From IMG/VR virus record IMGVR_UViG_3300028886_000047: a DNA stretch of 64,000 nucleotides. One strand, 5' to 3'. Shown here piece after piece: positions 13,449 through 28,400 of this stretch (within the stretch, counting starts at the first letter, position 1; each line of letters begins with the position of its first letter). The notes beneath the pieces are model-generated. The model was not told the origin of the DNA. It ran no database searches and saw nothing but the letters and a program-made list of their open reading frames with translations. A program made the translations under genes and the position numbers. Source of the stretch: a virus. Lineage: Duplodnaviria > Heunggongvirae > Uroviricota > Caudoviricetes.

Positions 13449-16400
13449 ATGAGTTTTACGTGTAGTATTGATATTATTAGTAAAAAATATAATGAATCTT
13501 TAAGTTCGGAAAGTAAGGTAAAAGAAACCTTACTTTCCTTACTAAAAGATGGAGCAAATATTGAAGATATTATTTAGGTAGTAACTGCTCCTAGAAGTAC
13601 GAGAGAATTAAGAAGTTTAGCTCCCTCTAAATTACAACTTATTAAAAAATTCTAGGATGAAAAATTTGTGAGAGACTTTTTAGGGTCAGATAAAAATATT
13701 AATTCTCCTGAAGCAGTTACTACTTAGACAAAAGAATTAGCAATAGATAATCCAGATGCTATAGTTTAGAATGGAAAACGTGCTAGAATATGGCTCAGTG
13801 AATCTTGGGGTGTAGCGTCTTTAGCTTAGAATAAATTTGTACAAGATACTAATAGAGAAATACAAAGTAGAATATTAGGAATGATTAAAACAGCTAATCC
13901 TAATGAGTCTGCTGAGATAGTATTGAATAGAACTATTCAAGAATATTTTAATTATAATTTAAACTAGTTAGCTGAATTTTTTGATAAACAAGGTAAAAAC
14001 GATTATGCCAAAATTATAAGAGATAATATGCCGTTTGATGGAACTAATCCTAATGAAAGAATAAATTATATAATTAAATCTATTTCAGATTATTTTTAGG
14101 ATTATTCTGATTCAGAGAAAATGGCTTATACAGATTCTAAAAATTCCTCTTATGATAAAGCTAGAGCATTTGCTAGATTTTTACTTATATAGCCACTAAA
14201 TTTTGATAACTTTTTAGCATCTAATGTAAATTCTATATAGATTAGAAATAAGGGAAAATTAATGTCTACCATTGATAAATATGGAATTTAGTTAGGTAAA
14301 GGAAGATAGAATATGACTTGGCAAGATGAGGATGCTGTATATTCTATAGCAAAAATGGTTGATGATTTTGTATAGCGAGAAATAGGTAATTGGCCGTTAT
14401 ATCGCAAACAAGGAGACGTGTGGACTAGACAATCTGATGAATATTGTGAAACTAATAAAGTAGTAAGTGTCCTAACAAAAGTAATGCGAATAGCTGACGT
14501 TAAAAATAAAGATTTTACTCCTATTATAAATAATAAATCAAATAAGCCTATAATTGATGATTTAAAAGATACTTTTAGAATTGCTTTTGGAGTAAACATA
14601 GAAACTGGAAAAGAAGTAATAGATGATATTTTTGAGAGATATATTGAAGGCAGAACTATTCCTTAGATAGTAAGAAATATTAATCAAGCTCCTTAGTATT
14701 TATTACCTATAGTGATGTATTTATTAACGGAACAACACAATAGAGCTAAGAAAAGTAAAGCCGAAACTTCTTTTAAAGATGGAATAGTTAGATTGAATGA
14801 TAATGAAGTAAATATATTACATTCAATTTGGAAAAATATGTTTGATCCTTTAAATAATAATTCTCTATATAATCAAGTTTCTCAAAATAGAGATTTCGAT
14901 TTATATTAGATGATTAGTCAAGTATTATTAACTCACGATAAAAAGGAATTATACGGAATAGTTAATGATATGGGAACTATAGAAAAGAAAAACTATTCTT
15001 TAGGAAGGGCTAATCAACGTTTAAATCAATTACAGTCTAAAATTAACGGAGCTTATTCTCCATTATTAAATAAAGGAATTTATAATGTTACTGTAGAAAA
15101 TGATTTTGAAGGCGAAGAACCTAGTACTACAATTACATATAAAGTTCCTATGAAAAAGGATAAATATGTAATTAAAATAATAAAAGGAAAGAAAGCTACT
15201 ATAACTAAAGACGGAATATAGGTATCTGGTAATTTAAGTCAAGTATTATAGGATTTAAAAGGATTTTTTACTGATGTTATTAAAATAAAATTTAATCAAG
15301 GTAATTTATTAGATATTTATCTTAATAAAATAGGAAATGGACAACAGAAAGCGTTAGAAAATTTAGTTGATATTTCAGCAAATTTAATTTATGCAAATGA
15401 AATATCTAAATACCTAAAAGGCGAATCTACAAGCGACTTTAAGAATAAGTTAAAAGAATTTTATGATGCTACTATTAAACGTCCAAATTTAGTAAAAGGC
15501 GTGACTTATAATCAAATCGATGCTTTTTCTGGAAGAATGTTTCCGTTAATTACACAGTTGTCATTAGCTAATGATATTAATGAAGGAATTATTGGAGATA
15601 TTGTAGTCAAAGGAGGAGCTGGAGAATAGATTAATTCAGTAATCTTAAGAACCTTAACCACTCAACTTTCTCAATTTATGGAAGAAAAATCACAAGATCC
15701 AGAAAGTGCTATAAAACATTTTTCTATAAAAGATGTTATTAAAAGAATGACATTTTTAAGAGATTATGTCGATAAAACTGGAGATGTGAAGTCTTCTACT
15801 TCTATGAATGTAGAGGAGTTTTTCTTGAATAATTTTATATATGATTTTTATGGAGACAGTCTTGCTGTACATTTAGGGGTATTATCTGATAAACCTAACA
15901 TTCCTAAGATGGAATTATATGTAGACACTCAAATATTAGTAGGAAATGATGAAGGTGGAAAACAAATAATTAAAAAATTAAAAGATTGTACCTCTGATGA
16001 TTTGAAAAAGATAGCTATTAGAGAACTCGGTTAGTATTATAGAATGATGAAATAGGAGATTGATAGAAATCTTCAAATTCTTAGTAATTATTCTCCTAAA
16101 GGAATTATTTATGATATAAATACTGACTACATTGAAACTAGAGAATATTCTAAAAAAGAATTAGAAAATGATATTCATGAAGCTATATATGCAGCACAGC
16201 AAGCTGGAGAGGATATAGAAATAAATGAATTACTTTATTTTTCTTGGGATAAAGACGGAAACCTTCACACTAAACCTTCTTTAATAGCAGAACTTGCTAA
16301 ACACGACGTTCCTGTAAATAAATTAGGATTAATTACTGAAAACTCTGAATAGTTTTTTACAAGAAAAGAACATGAATTAGTTACTAATTTATTGTAGGAT

Positions 16401-19400
16401 TTAAAACACGGAATTAGCTTTATTGATTCTCAAAGTTAGAAAATTATAGATTCTTCCGCTGTAAAAAGAATGAGGAAAGCTAATGAAAATGGGTGGTCTA
16501 CCAAAAGTAATATTATAATAGGAAAAATTGTTAACGGAAAAGAATCTAGAAATTTAATTACTAAAAAAAGTTTAACTGATTGGAAAGTTTATAAAGATTT
16601 CTTTAAATACGCTCAAGAGTTTGGAGGGTTTAATTTAGATAAACTCAATATTAATGGTAATTTTGATTTTGAGTATTTTTTATAGGCTTTAAATGAAAAT
16701 TATAGTGCTATACAAGAGTATTCTCATCTGCAATCTTTAAAAAGAAAGATTAAAGATGAAATTAAGAAAAAATTATTAAAAACTTCTGAAGGTCTAGATA
16801 AAAAAGCTCTCACTGAACAATATAGACAATGGAGAAAAGAAAATAGGCCTGAAGAAACAGAAATAGAATTAGAACAAGCAGTTTTAAATTACGAAACTGA
16901 ACCTGACGAAAGAATTTGGAGAAGTAGAAATGCTTCTTATAAAACTGAAGGGATAGACAATATAACTTCTATTGATGAAATAGAAAAATTAAAACAAGAA
17001 TATAACTTAACAGATTTTGATACTACTTTAGAAAAGAAAAGTGGTAATTTTTCATTACAAATAAATCCAGAAATATCTAGGTATAATACTTTACATTATT
17101 TATATTCTGAGGAAGGATTAAATAGTACAGTAGGTTCTCATATCAATCATAAAGTTCCTTATACTAAAGATCTAACTTTAATGGGAGCTTTAGAAACAGG
17201 ATAGCAAGCTAAACGTAATGTATCAGAATCGGGTGCTAAAAATCAATACACTAGAAGTGACATTAACGGAATGGACAAAAATATGACAATTGCTGTAATG
17301 CGTGATGTAAAGGCCGGAATTTCTACTATTAATGGTATTCAAAATCCAAAAGGAGCTACTGTAATGGATGGTTCTACTATAGGAAATTATGTAACTAGAA
17401 AAGAAGAATTGTATTCTCTTGGGTCACAAAAAGCTGGAATAGAAAATTCAAAACCTCTTGGAGATGATTTAAATCCTAAAACTGGGACCGGAACTATTAT
17501 CAAAACCGCTGTATTTGTACTTACGAATAGTCGTATAAGAACGTCAGAAGCTAACATCATTCTTCATAAACATATGAACAGTATTCCTTGGAGAAATTTT
17601 GACGGAAACTTTTTAAGAGATTATGATGGAAATAATATTAATTATCATCCAGTAATCGTATTTAAACCTTCTGAAGAAAAATATTATTTAAGAACTGACT
17701 TCTAGATTGAAGAAGATGGAGTAACTTCATTTAAAGAATTAGAATTAGGTAATTAGGAACAAGCAAATAATTTATTAAAAGTTGATGTCGGAGGAATAAC
17801 TATAGGAGCCTTAATTAAAGCAGGAAGAGATTTAACTCCTTATCTTAATACAATTGCTGCAATAACTAAGCCTAAGATTATTGGAAATGTTGATGAAGCA
17901 TTTGATACAATAAGAACTACCAGACCCATTTCTAATAATTATGAATTATGGGATTTATTTGGAGGAGCTTATTCTGCTTCTATAAATGAAATGAACGATA
18001 TATCTTATAAAGACGATAATACTTCTTTAGAGAATCTTACTATAGCAGCTCATTCTTGTGGAACTAGAATAAATAGAGATGTAACTAGGCCATCTAATGA
18101 AGATGTATATTTGCCATTAAAAGAAGCTAAAATTGATTGGGTTGTTACAGAAGGAGCTATTAAACAAGGAGCTTCTAATGTAAATTCTACAGATATGTTA
18201 AAAGATATTAATTATAGAGTGACAACTCAACGTATAGCTACAGCAGATATTGGAATGTAGTTAAATCCTGAACACTTAGCAGACAATTCTCATATTACTC
18301 TTATGACTCAGGTTGTTAATGCTTTAGGTTTAAGAGGATTTAGTTCTGACGCTGCTGATAAAGTTTACAAAGCACTTGCTACTTTAACAGATACTTCATT
18401 AGAAGAATTGTTTAAAGGAATTGAATTGAAAAGAACTACCGGGGACGATAGTTAGTTTAAAGAAGCAGTTTCATCTTTGTTATTGAAATCTATAATAGGA
18501 ACCTCTGAAACCGATGGGGATTTATTATCTTCTATTGTAGTCCAACTTAATAAGCAAGATAGAACTGGACATGATTATGATATAATTAGACATAGACTTC
18601 CTATAAGTGACCCCGCAATTCTTAACAAATTAATAAGTAATTTCTCTTCATTAATGACAAAAGCGGGAGTAAGAATTCAGTTCCCAGGAAGTATGAATGT
18701 ACTTGTGCCCTCTGATGGAATATATAAAATACATGGAGGAAAATTGAGAAGTATAGCTCATACTCAAAGATATGTAGAAAATGACCTTATTCCAAATAAT
18801 GAAGAAATTGCTGAATTACAAGAATTACAAGAACTACAAAGAGAACAAAAACCTCTTAAAGGACTTCATGAAATAACTATAGGAGCTTCTTATTTTGTAA
18901 GAATAACAAATAATCATTTTAATTCTGACAATCCTTTATTATCTACTGTACTTGCAGGAAAATCTATAAAGGTTGATGATTTATCAACATATTATCAATT
19001 AAGAGATTTGTTAAAAGGGACTACTTATACATTAGTTGAAGATGTTATAACTGGAAGAGATTTAGCACCATATAATTGTACATTTAATACTAATAAGGGA
19101 ATGTATATGTTATGGGATTTAGATTCAATTAAACATATACATATGTTAGAAAACAATCCAGAAGAAGTATTAAATATATATAGTACATATACAGATGAAG
19201 AAATAGTTAGAGAATTTCATATTAATCCAGAATACTTAGATAGAACTGATATTAAATCTTTTACAGAATCTTTTAAAAAATTAATTAATAGAAGAAAACA
19301 AATAGAATTAAATTCTATAGGTTCTGGAAATAATAATAGTGTATTTATAGATGGACAAAAAGTATTTATCGATAAATCTACTTTAAAAGTTTCCCCCTAT

Positions 19401-22400
19401 GAATTAATTGCTCCAAAAAATTATAAAACTACTTTTGGATTATAGACTGGAGACAATGTTTAGGAAATATCTTAGAATAAGTTATTCTTCTTAAAAAGAA
19501 TGATTGACAATCAATACAGATTAGAAAACGGGCATTGGGTAGATAGAAATCCAATTTCTTCTGATAAATATGACATTATTCTAAAAACAGTTTCAGGAAA
19601 GTCTTATCCAATATTATATAAGTCTGATACAACTAAAATTCCAGAAGGGTTAAGTGTAATCACAGAATAGGATTTTTATGCAAATCTTGATTGGGATGGC
19701 AGTAAAGTTTACAGATTAAATGGAGATGGTGATAGAATTTATGAATTACCTTATCATAAAGATTCTTCTGGAAAGATAGTTTATGATGCAGAAATACTTG
19801 TCGATGAAAATGGAAATGAAGTTATTTATACTGATAAATTAAATTTCTTTGTAAATAAATTACAATTTAATTATGTTGATTTTGGAAAAAATATATTAAA
19901 TCTACCATTTATTTATGATATATTTAAGCAATTAAGTACTTCTAAGAAAAATTCGGTTAAACAATTATCTTCTAATTATTTATCAGAAATTGAACAATTT
20001 AATCAAGTTTCACGTTTAGAAGATAGAATAAATAATGAAAAAGATGAATAGAAAAAATAGGATTTGAGTACTAGATTAGTATAGATTACTTCTGGTGAAG
20101 AATTTAACAAATAGTTAAAACAACAAATATCTGAAGGATTTAATTTAAGAGATTAGTATTTAACCCAATTAAATACTGAAATTTTAGCTGGAGAAATTAA
20201 AGGAAATTATACTGGAATGTTTGCTCAGATAATTAACTCTGCTATTGAAACACATACATCGTTTATTAAATCTTTAGATTATATTGTTTCTAGAACTCCT
20301 GCACAATCACATCAATCGTTCATGCCTATGAAATTGGTAGCATTTGATGAATCAGATGTTAATAGCGCTTATGTAAGTCGTTATCAATTATATTTGCAAG
20401 GTTCAGACTTTGATGTAGATAAAGCTAGTTTACTTGGAAGTATTATACGAAATGGAAGGTATGTTGTATGGAGTCCCTTTATGAGTTTATAGTCTATAGA
20501 ACATTTAAGAGCTTCTGAAACATTACCATTTCCAACTGGAAAACAATTAGAAATAAGAGAAAGTCTTAATAGTCGTGTATATGATAAAATGGATAAACCT
20601 GTTCATTTAGTTTGGCATGATGATACAAGGATAACTTTTACTTTGCCAAATTTTGAATAGGAAATATATTTAGCAAAGAATCAATCTGGTATATGGGTAT
20701 CTAATTTAACTCAAGATATTATGAGAAATTAGATGACTCCAATGGAGGTATATTTAATTGAAAGAGCTATTACAGATAAAATCTCAGAAGGAGAAATATT
20801 TGACGCTCAATTTAATATAAGTCATTTAGGATTTAATGAAAATCGAGTAAAGGATTCTTCTAAATATTTATATGAAAAGGATTTTGAATAGTTTATAAAT
20901 TGTTTTGCTCCTATATTTGATTATAACGAAAAAGGGCAATTAGAATTTAATAAACTTACTGGAAGAGTAAGGCATATAATTGACAATATTGGCAATGAAC
21001 CACTTCAATATGATACTATATCTTACGAAAATTTAACACAAGATTAGTTAAAATAGAAATAGATTAATAATATAAAACAATTATCTATTTTAATTAATGC
21101 TTTAAATTCCTTTGGATAGATTCCAAAAGTAATGTCTAATGATTTAATGACAGCAATTTATAAAACTGTTAATGAACATAATTTATATTTTGTTAATTCT
21201 TTTGATACTAAAGACGCTGTAGTTAATTACATTAGTAGTAACATGTTTTAGATTTCTAGTGATCCAGTAAATTTAGTACAAGCTATGACTTCTGTGGATT
21301 AGCAGACTGATTATGTGAAAGAAGAAATTGCAAATAAGTCTCCGTTAGCTGAACAATCTAAACATTTTGATAAAGGAAATATAATGTCAATATTTAGATT
21401 ATTAAGATTAACCTTATCTGGAAAACAAAATACAGGTATAGAAGCATCTTCATTGAAAGTTATGGAAGCTATCAATCAATATTAGGATGTTATTCTTAAT
21501 TATGGTTCAGACGAAGAACAAAAATCATTAATCAAACCTATAAATATAGGAGGCTATAATATAGGATTAATATGTAATGCTTATTGTAAAAATATAGCAA
21601 ATATTAAATCTAAAGAAGTATATGACGCATTACAAGAAATCGATAATGATAATGACCAAGCTATATGGTTATCAGCATTCTTAAGTCTTAGTACTGACAA
21701 CGCTAAGGATCCTACTCTTGCTAAAATAAATGCTAATCCAGAAATGATTGGACTTTATAATTCCGGATTTGTGTTAGGATTGCCTATAAGTTTTTTATCT
21801 AAAATAATAATGTCTCCTACAGGAATGGCTATTGCCGATGTTCAATAGGGGGATATATTTCTGGGTTATAATAGTTCCAGAGATATAGGAAGAGTTATAA
21901 ATTATATTAAAGAAGGTCCTAGACTCAGTCCTAATATGACTACATTAGAAATATTAGGAAAAGCTATTCAACTACATAATCCCGGAGAAGTTACTATTTT
22001 TAATCTAAATAAACAACTTATTAGAAATTACTGGGATTAGTCTTAGTTATTAACAGCAAGAAGAATTATTGCATTAGCCAAAAGTCTTGCTTATGGTAAA
22101 GAAGGAGAAAAAATAGAATATAATATCCCTACTATTGAATCTAGATTATCTAGAGATATCTAGGTAACAAGACGAAGAATTTCTGGAATTAGTAAAGCTT
22201 TAGAAGCTAAGAAATAGCAAATAATTGAAAAAGATACCTTAGGAAGAAAACATAAAAAACTTGATGAAGATGTTACTGCATTAACAGCGTCTTTAGAAGA
22301 ATTGAATACAAAACTTACTGAATTACAAGATATTAAAAATGAATATAAAATAACTCAAACTATTCCTCAAAGTAGAAATGAAGGAGATTAGTATGATTTA

Positions 22401-24323
22401 TATGAAAAATACCTTGAAAATTATAATTCTATTAAAGATGGAGAACAGTCTGATTCTTTGAAAAAATTATTTTAGGATAATAAAGAATATATACAGAATT
22501 CTTCTAACTTCAAAAAGACTATTTAGGATATTGAAAACTGGTTAGATACTATTGAATAGGTTCAAATGGATGAAGGATACACAGATGCTGAAGGAAATAA
22601 ATATAGCACTGTAAAAATATTAGAATAGTTAAATGAATTTGCTTCGGAAATGTCCTTAATACGTCCAAATCTCAGCCTCAATCAACAACTTCCTAATTCT
22701 AAAGAAAATCAACTTTCATTTATTAAAAAATTTGAAAATATGATAAATGATAGAATTACCTTAGGAAAAGTTGAGAATGCAAGTAAAATCAATGAAATAT
22801 AGGATTTCAAAGACTTTAACGAGCGTAAAGGGATTGAGGGATTAAATATTTCTATATCTGAATTTGTATGGGATGAAGAATATAGAAATGCTGCAATAAG
22901 AGCATACGATTCTATTAAATTTAAAGTGAATGCTTTAGATGTACTAGTCAAAGTGCCTCATTATTTTGGATATTTAAAAGCTTGTGATGCTTTATATCAG
23001 TCATTAGCTTATCAGTCAGTACAATATAGAGAACAAGACAGAATCTTAAGTAAAATAATCATAGGAGATTTAAAAATAAAAGCATCCAAAGATATTTAGT
23101 CAAGATTGAAAGTTGCTTCTAGGTATATTTCTAGACAAATGAATAATATGTTCTTATTAGAACAAAATATAGAATTAACTATTCCTAAAATAACTGATGG
23201 TAAAGTTGATACTTCTGTAAAAGTTCCAATTAAATTAGGTACAAAAGAAGGAAATGAAGCGTTCAAAGAATGGATGGATTTTGTAATTATTCCTCAGTAG
23301 AAATCTAAGTATAAATCTAATAGATTTTTAAATGAACTTTCAGAGGCGGCTTATCATAAATCTGATAATCATAATACAATTATAAATTATACTACTAACA
23401 TAGATAGTATGACAAATAACCCTACCGAAGTTACAAAATTTGCTGAAATAACTGAGGGATTTAATAATTTGCAATCTAAAACTATAGGAGATTTGCCGTT
23501 AGTAGAAGCTTTCTTTTATTATGATTTAATAGCTTATGATAGATAGCCAGGTCAGTTATCATTAACTCCGATTTTTAATAAATTAGTAGCATTAGGGAAA
23601 ACTAAAGTTATTTCCGATTATGTTCAATTTGTATCAGACTTGGATTAGGGAGGCAATATTATTTTAACTTTAGATGAAAGTTAGATAGATGAAATTAAGA
23701 GATTTATAGCTCCTGTTATTTCCATTTATGCTTTAGATGAATTTGATGAAGAATATGGGTGGGTAAAAGATCCAGAAGACTAGCAATTTTATCTTATAAA
23801 GAGAAATCCTAAGCCTAAAAATAATAAAAACGATGATTTTGGCGCAATGGACGATCCTAATATTGATAATCCAGAAATAGATATTGAAGGAATAGGTCCT
23901 GATGGTGATATTAATTAGGAAGAAAATCCTGAAAATCCTCAATATTAGCAAATTACCTTGAGTTCTAAATTAGCAGAACTTGAATGGGAGCCTGGAGTTC
24001 GTAAATTCGAAAGAATTACAGATTCTGGAAATTTAAATAGCCCTTATATTGAAAATTTTATAGTTCAAGAACAACAAACGTTATTAGAAGGACAGGGAAT
24101 AATTACACCTAAAGAAATAAGATTCGGAAATGATTCAATTACATTAGATGATGGAAAACCTAATATTCCAGATAATATCAGAAAGAGATTACAAGAAATT
24201 ACTGGACAAAATAACATAGATGATTTAATAGTAACTAAAGTTATAGTTGAAGGCTCTTCTAGAGAAACTGTAATTGATATAGATACTACGAAAGGAAATT
24301 TAGAAAACCCGTGTAAAGGATGA
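13449..24323 (+). CDS. giant late-module protein (3624 codons), TAG-recoded, unknown function
   Basis: ATG 13449 lies 1 nt after the previous TAA. Frame 3 is open to the TGA at 24321-24323. I checked codon by codon across 20460-22060 and 13446-14700 and every interruption is TAG. Track frame-3 ORFs 14418, 14712, 14910, 15678, 16470, 17271, 17991, 18477, 20217, 23106 and 23958 are fragments. Confidence 0.55.
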
Positions 24324-24373
24324 TAGCATGTGAAATAAATAAAAACTCGTTTGAATACCAGACATTGAAAAAT

Positions 24374-25375
24374 ATGTCTGGTATTTCCGAGTATTCTTTA
24401 GATAGTTATATATCTACATTCTAGACAAAATTTAATAGAATGCCTAAGTTAGATGAATTACCTAGAGTTAACTCGGAACCTTATTTAGAGAAAGTTTTAG
24501 GAATTAAGAAATTATCTAATATAAGGACTATTAATACTAATAGACTACTAGAATATACAGGAACAAATTCTGTAGAAGAAGCAAATATTAAGTTAAATTC
24601 TATATATAAAGATTTAGAAATTACTTTAACTCCATTTTAGAGTTTTACTTCTATTGAAGTAAGACATAGGCCATCTGTATATACATCAATTAAAGAGCCT
24701 TTAAATATAGAAGAATTCAAATAGGATGGAGCTACCATTTTATCTAAACAATTAGATAAAATGTAGAAACTGTATGGGATAAATATAATTCCTGTTTCTA
24801 GTGATGAAATATAGGAATTAGGAATTCCTAATGGGTCTTAGGTTAAGGGATTTGTGAAAAATGGAAATATTTATATAAATATTGAAAATTCTACAATGGA
24901 TACTAAAGTACACGAATTAATGCATATATTTCTAGGAGGAATAAGATATTCTAATCCAGAATTATATTTTTCATTAGTTAATCAAGTAGAATAGCTCCCT
25001 AGATATTAGGAATTTTCAGAAAGATTTCCTAATAGAACAAGAGGTGATATTAACGAAGAAATATTTGTTCAAGAGTTTGCTAATTATTTAACTAAATCTC
25101 CTAGTATATTTGATAATTTTGAAAATACGAGTGAATTAATGTATGAAATATACAGGAATATAGATACATTAATAGATGGAAATTATAGTGTTAAATCTTT
25201 ACAAACTTCAGCGTTTGGAGAAACTTTGGAAAATTTATATAAAAATTTACAATCAGAAAATATAATTAATAAACAAACAGGTTCCTTAGATGATTCAACT
25301 TTACATAGGACACTTGCTAATGTAAAAGAAAATTTAATGAAAAAGAATTTATTGGAGGAAAGATGTGATGGCTAA
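24374..25375 (+). CDS. late-module protein (333 aa), TAG-recoded, unknown function
   Basis: Frame 2; first ATG after the upstream stop. In-frame TAGs at 24422 and others. Ends TAA 25373-25375. Track ORFs 24440 and 25139 are fragments. Confidence 0.5.
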
Positions 25376-25442
25376 TTGTAAATATATATTAGGATAGAGA
25401 GTTTTTAATTCAGAAATATAGTTAGACGATTATCTTTCTGAA

Positions 25443-28400
25443 ATGAAAAATTTATATAAATAGTTTGGAGATGAAGTATTTAGTAAATCTTGGACTCCTG
25501 TATAGCAAACATATAGACAAAAATTATTTTCTTAGAAGGAATAGCTAGAAAAAGCTATCAAATCAGGAAAAATAAAGCTAGAAATTTCTGATATGGAAGA
25601 TTTAGATTTAGATGGAATAGTAGATTCCGCTGAAGGAAGAGGTGTTACTTCTATAATGTAGGAATTAAAAAGTTTAGATAATAAAAACGTATTTCCTATT
25701 TTTAACAAAGATAATTATTGGAATAATATAAGAGGAGAATTACGAGACGGAAATTGGAATAGTGATAAAATTAAAGATTTTATTCCATATATATTTGACG
25801 AAAGAGACTCTGAAGGAAATTATATAACACATCCTATAACAACAGAGGAAGAATTTAATCAGATAAGAAATAGGATAGAATCTATGTGGAAATAGCAAGG
25901 ATTAATAGGAACCGTTGTTCACGATATATTTGATATTTTATATTCAAATTATACTACTGAAAATGGAACTAATATTAAAAATTTGCCAAAACAATAGTTT
26001 AAAGAGGAAATTAAAAGAATATTATCTAAAAAACCAGAACCTAATGCCTATCGTAAATTATTAAATGAATTTGGAACCGATTTAAATAAAAATAATAGTT
26101 TTTTAGAGAGTGTTATAGATAATGCTCTTAAATTTAATGAGGATTTGAAACAACAATTTGATCCTAAAAATGAAGGATTAATGGTGCTTCCCGAAATTAC
26201 TATAAAAGGTATGGCTACTCTAAATAATCAATTATTTAAAGTAATAGGACGTATGGATATGGTAGTAATTAAACCTGATGGTGAAGTACATATAATCGAT
26301 TATAAATGTTCTCCTAAAGAATATCGAAATTATAACGAAGCAAAAAAATTAACTTTTAATTATCAATTAGCAGTATATAGAAGAATTCTACAACAATTAG
26401 GAATAAATAAAGATCAGATTCATTTATGGGTAGTTCCGATTTAGTTTACTAATTTTGATATAGATAAATCTAATAATTTAGTAACTTTAGATGGAGTAAA
26501 ATTACGTGATGGCGCTACCTTTGAAGAATTAGAAGTATCTTCTCCTACTGTAAATGCTCATAAGTATCAAATAGTTGAAGATAACTTAAATAATTCATTC
26601 AAATATGAACACGTTGAAGATGTTTCTGATGAACATATTCTTGAAAAAACGAGAAATTGGATAAGAAAAGTATTTCCTGAATATTCTAAAATTTCGGAAG
26701 TAACCGACGAGAATGTATTAGATTTTTGCAAAAGAAGAAAATGTGTAGTATAGGATGAAAAAACTGGAAAATGGGGATTTAGACGATATAAAAATGCTGA
26801 TTTGAAATATGTTAAAGATACAGAACAAGAAGTAATAAATGCTATCAAACAAGAGTGGGAAAATAATAGATAGAGAAATTTAGAAAGTACTAAATCTATA
26901 AAGAGAGAATTAAAAAAAGCTCAAAAAGAAAATTTAGGCAGAGGAGCTTTGTTTAATATTACACTATATTCTAAAGATAAACAATCTTAGAAAACTCCTG
27001 ACTGGGCACAGCAAATTCTTCAAAAATATGCTAATGAAGATTGGACAGTAGAAGAAACTCCAGAAGCTCTTGATTCTTTAGGAATAATTCTTGTTAGAAA
27101 TTTAACAACTGATAGAATCGATGTTATTAAATTATCTTCTACATACGATTTAGATGCTGAAATAGGTTTTGGCAATAATAGAACAACATTATTTGGAAAC
27201 TTTGTGTCTGACCATGTTGCAAAGAGTTAGCCTAATTCGTTAGTAATGCAAAGTACTAGAGGAAATGTAGAACTTATGGAAACAATGTATGCTTTAAATT
27301 GTATGCCTAGTATATTTAATAACGATAATGCGTTTTTAGGAGAAATTCAAGTAATATCTCATTATAATGAAGGAGGAGGAGCTAATAATAAATCTTTATT
27401 GTATAATTTTTAGAAATTAATGAATTATTCTAATAAAGAAGATTCGCCAGAAGTTAATTATTTTAATAATAAAAATATAAAAGTAGCTTCATTTGTACAA
27501 TTAGCTTAGGATACTTTAACTAGAATAATTAATAATAATCGAGGAACAAGATGGAACAAATTTGAGGAAGCTTCTAATAATTTACACAAATTTCAAGGTA
27601 ATAAAGAACAAATACTTTCTGAATTAATTAAATTAAAACAGCAAATAGAAAACGTTCCAGGATTTGAATATTTAGCCAGAGATGGAGTGATGACTTCCAT
27701 ATATGATGATTATAATTCTCCAGAAAAAAGGTTATATGCAGAAGTAATGTTAGCTATAGGAGAAATAGGAGGGTTAACTTATCAACAACAAACTAAAGAC
27801 CACGCTAACATTTTTGAAGGAAACAGTTTAATAAAAGCTTTTTTATGGGATGGATTTAATGGAAATCTTACTGACAACCCTGGAACTCTTCGAAGTGAAA
27901 CCTTAAATCAAGCTTCACATCTTGTAGATGTTGCTTATTAGAATATTCGTGATTAGTTATTCAAATATAAAAATAATTTAGAAAAAATATTAGATGAATA
28001 TAAATAGTATAAGGGACAATTTGCTAGTTAGAAAGATTTATATGAGAATTTTTATAATAAAGATATAACTGATGATTTAGTTTTTAAAAACCCCTTTGTT
28101 CCAAATAACGGATTAGATGATATGGAAAGGAAAGTTTTAAAAGCTATATTGTTGGATATTGCTCATAGAAGAAATTCTACAATTATTAATGAAGATACCT
28201 TGAGATCCGCAATTGAAAATGACTCTGATTATCTTTTAGTTCCATTAATTAAAAGTACTAGTAAACCTGTAACTAAATCATTAGGTGATTTTATGTCTAG
28301 AACTAGAAAGTTCTTAATGGGATTTAATATTAAAAATGCGAAAGATTCTTTAAAGGAAAAGTTATTAGATTTTACATCAAAAGAATCTATAAATGAGCCT

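Noticed and set aside
10680-17640. Possible RNAP catalytic DxDGD motifs in the giant proteins (EYDGDK near 10720; NFDGNF / DYDGNN near 17600)
   Set aside because: None matches D-x-D-G-D exactly. Without profile searches this is too weak to call a virion RNA polymerase.
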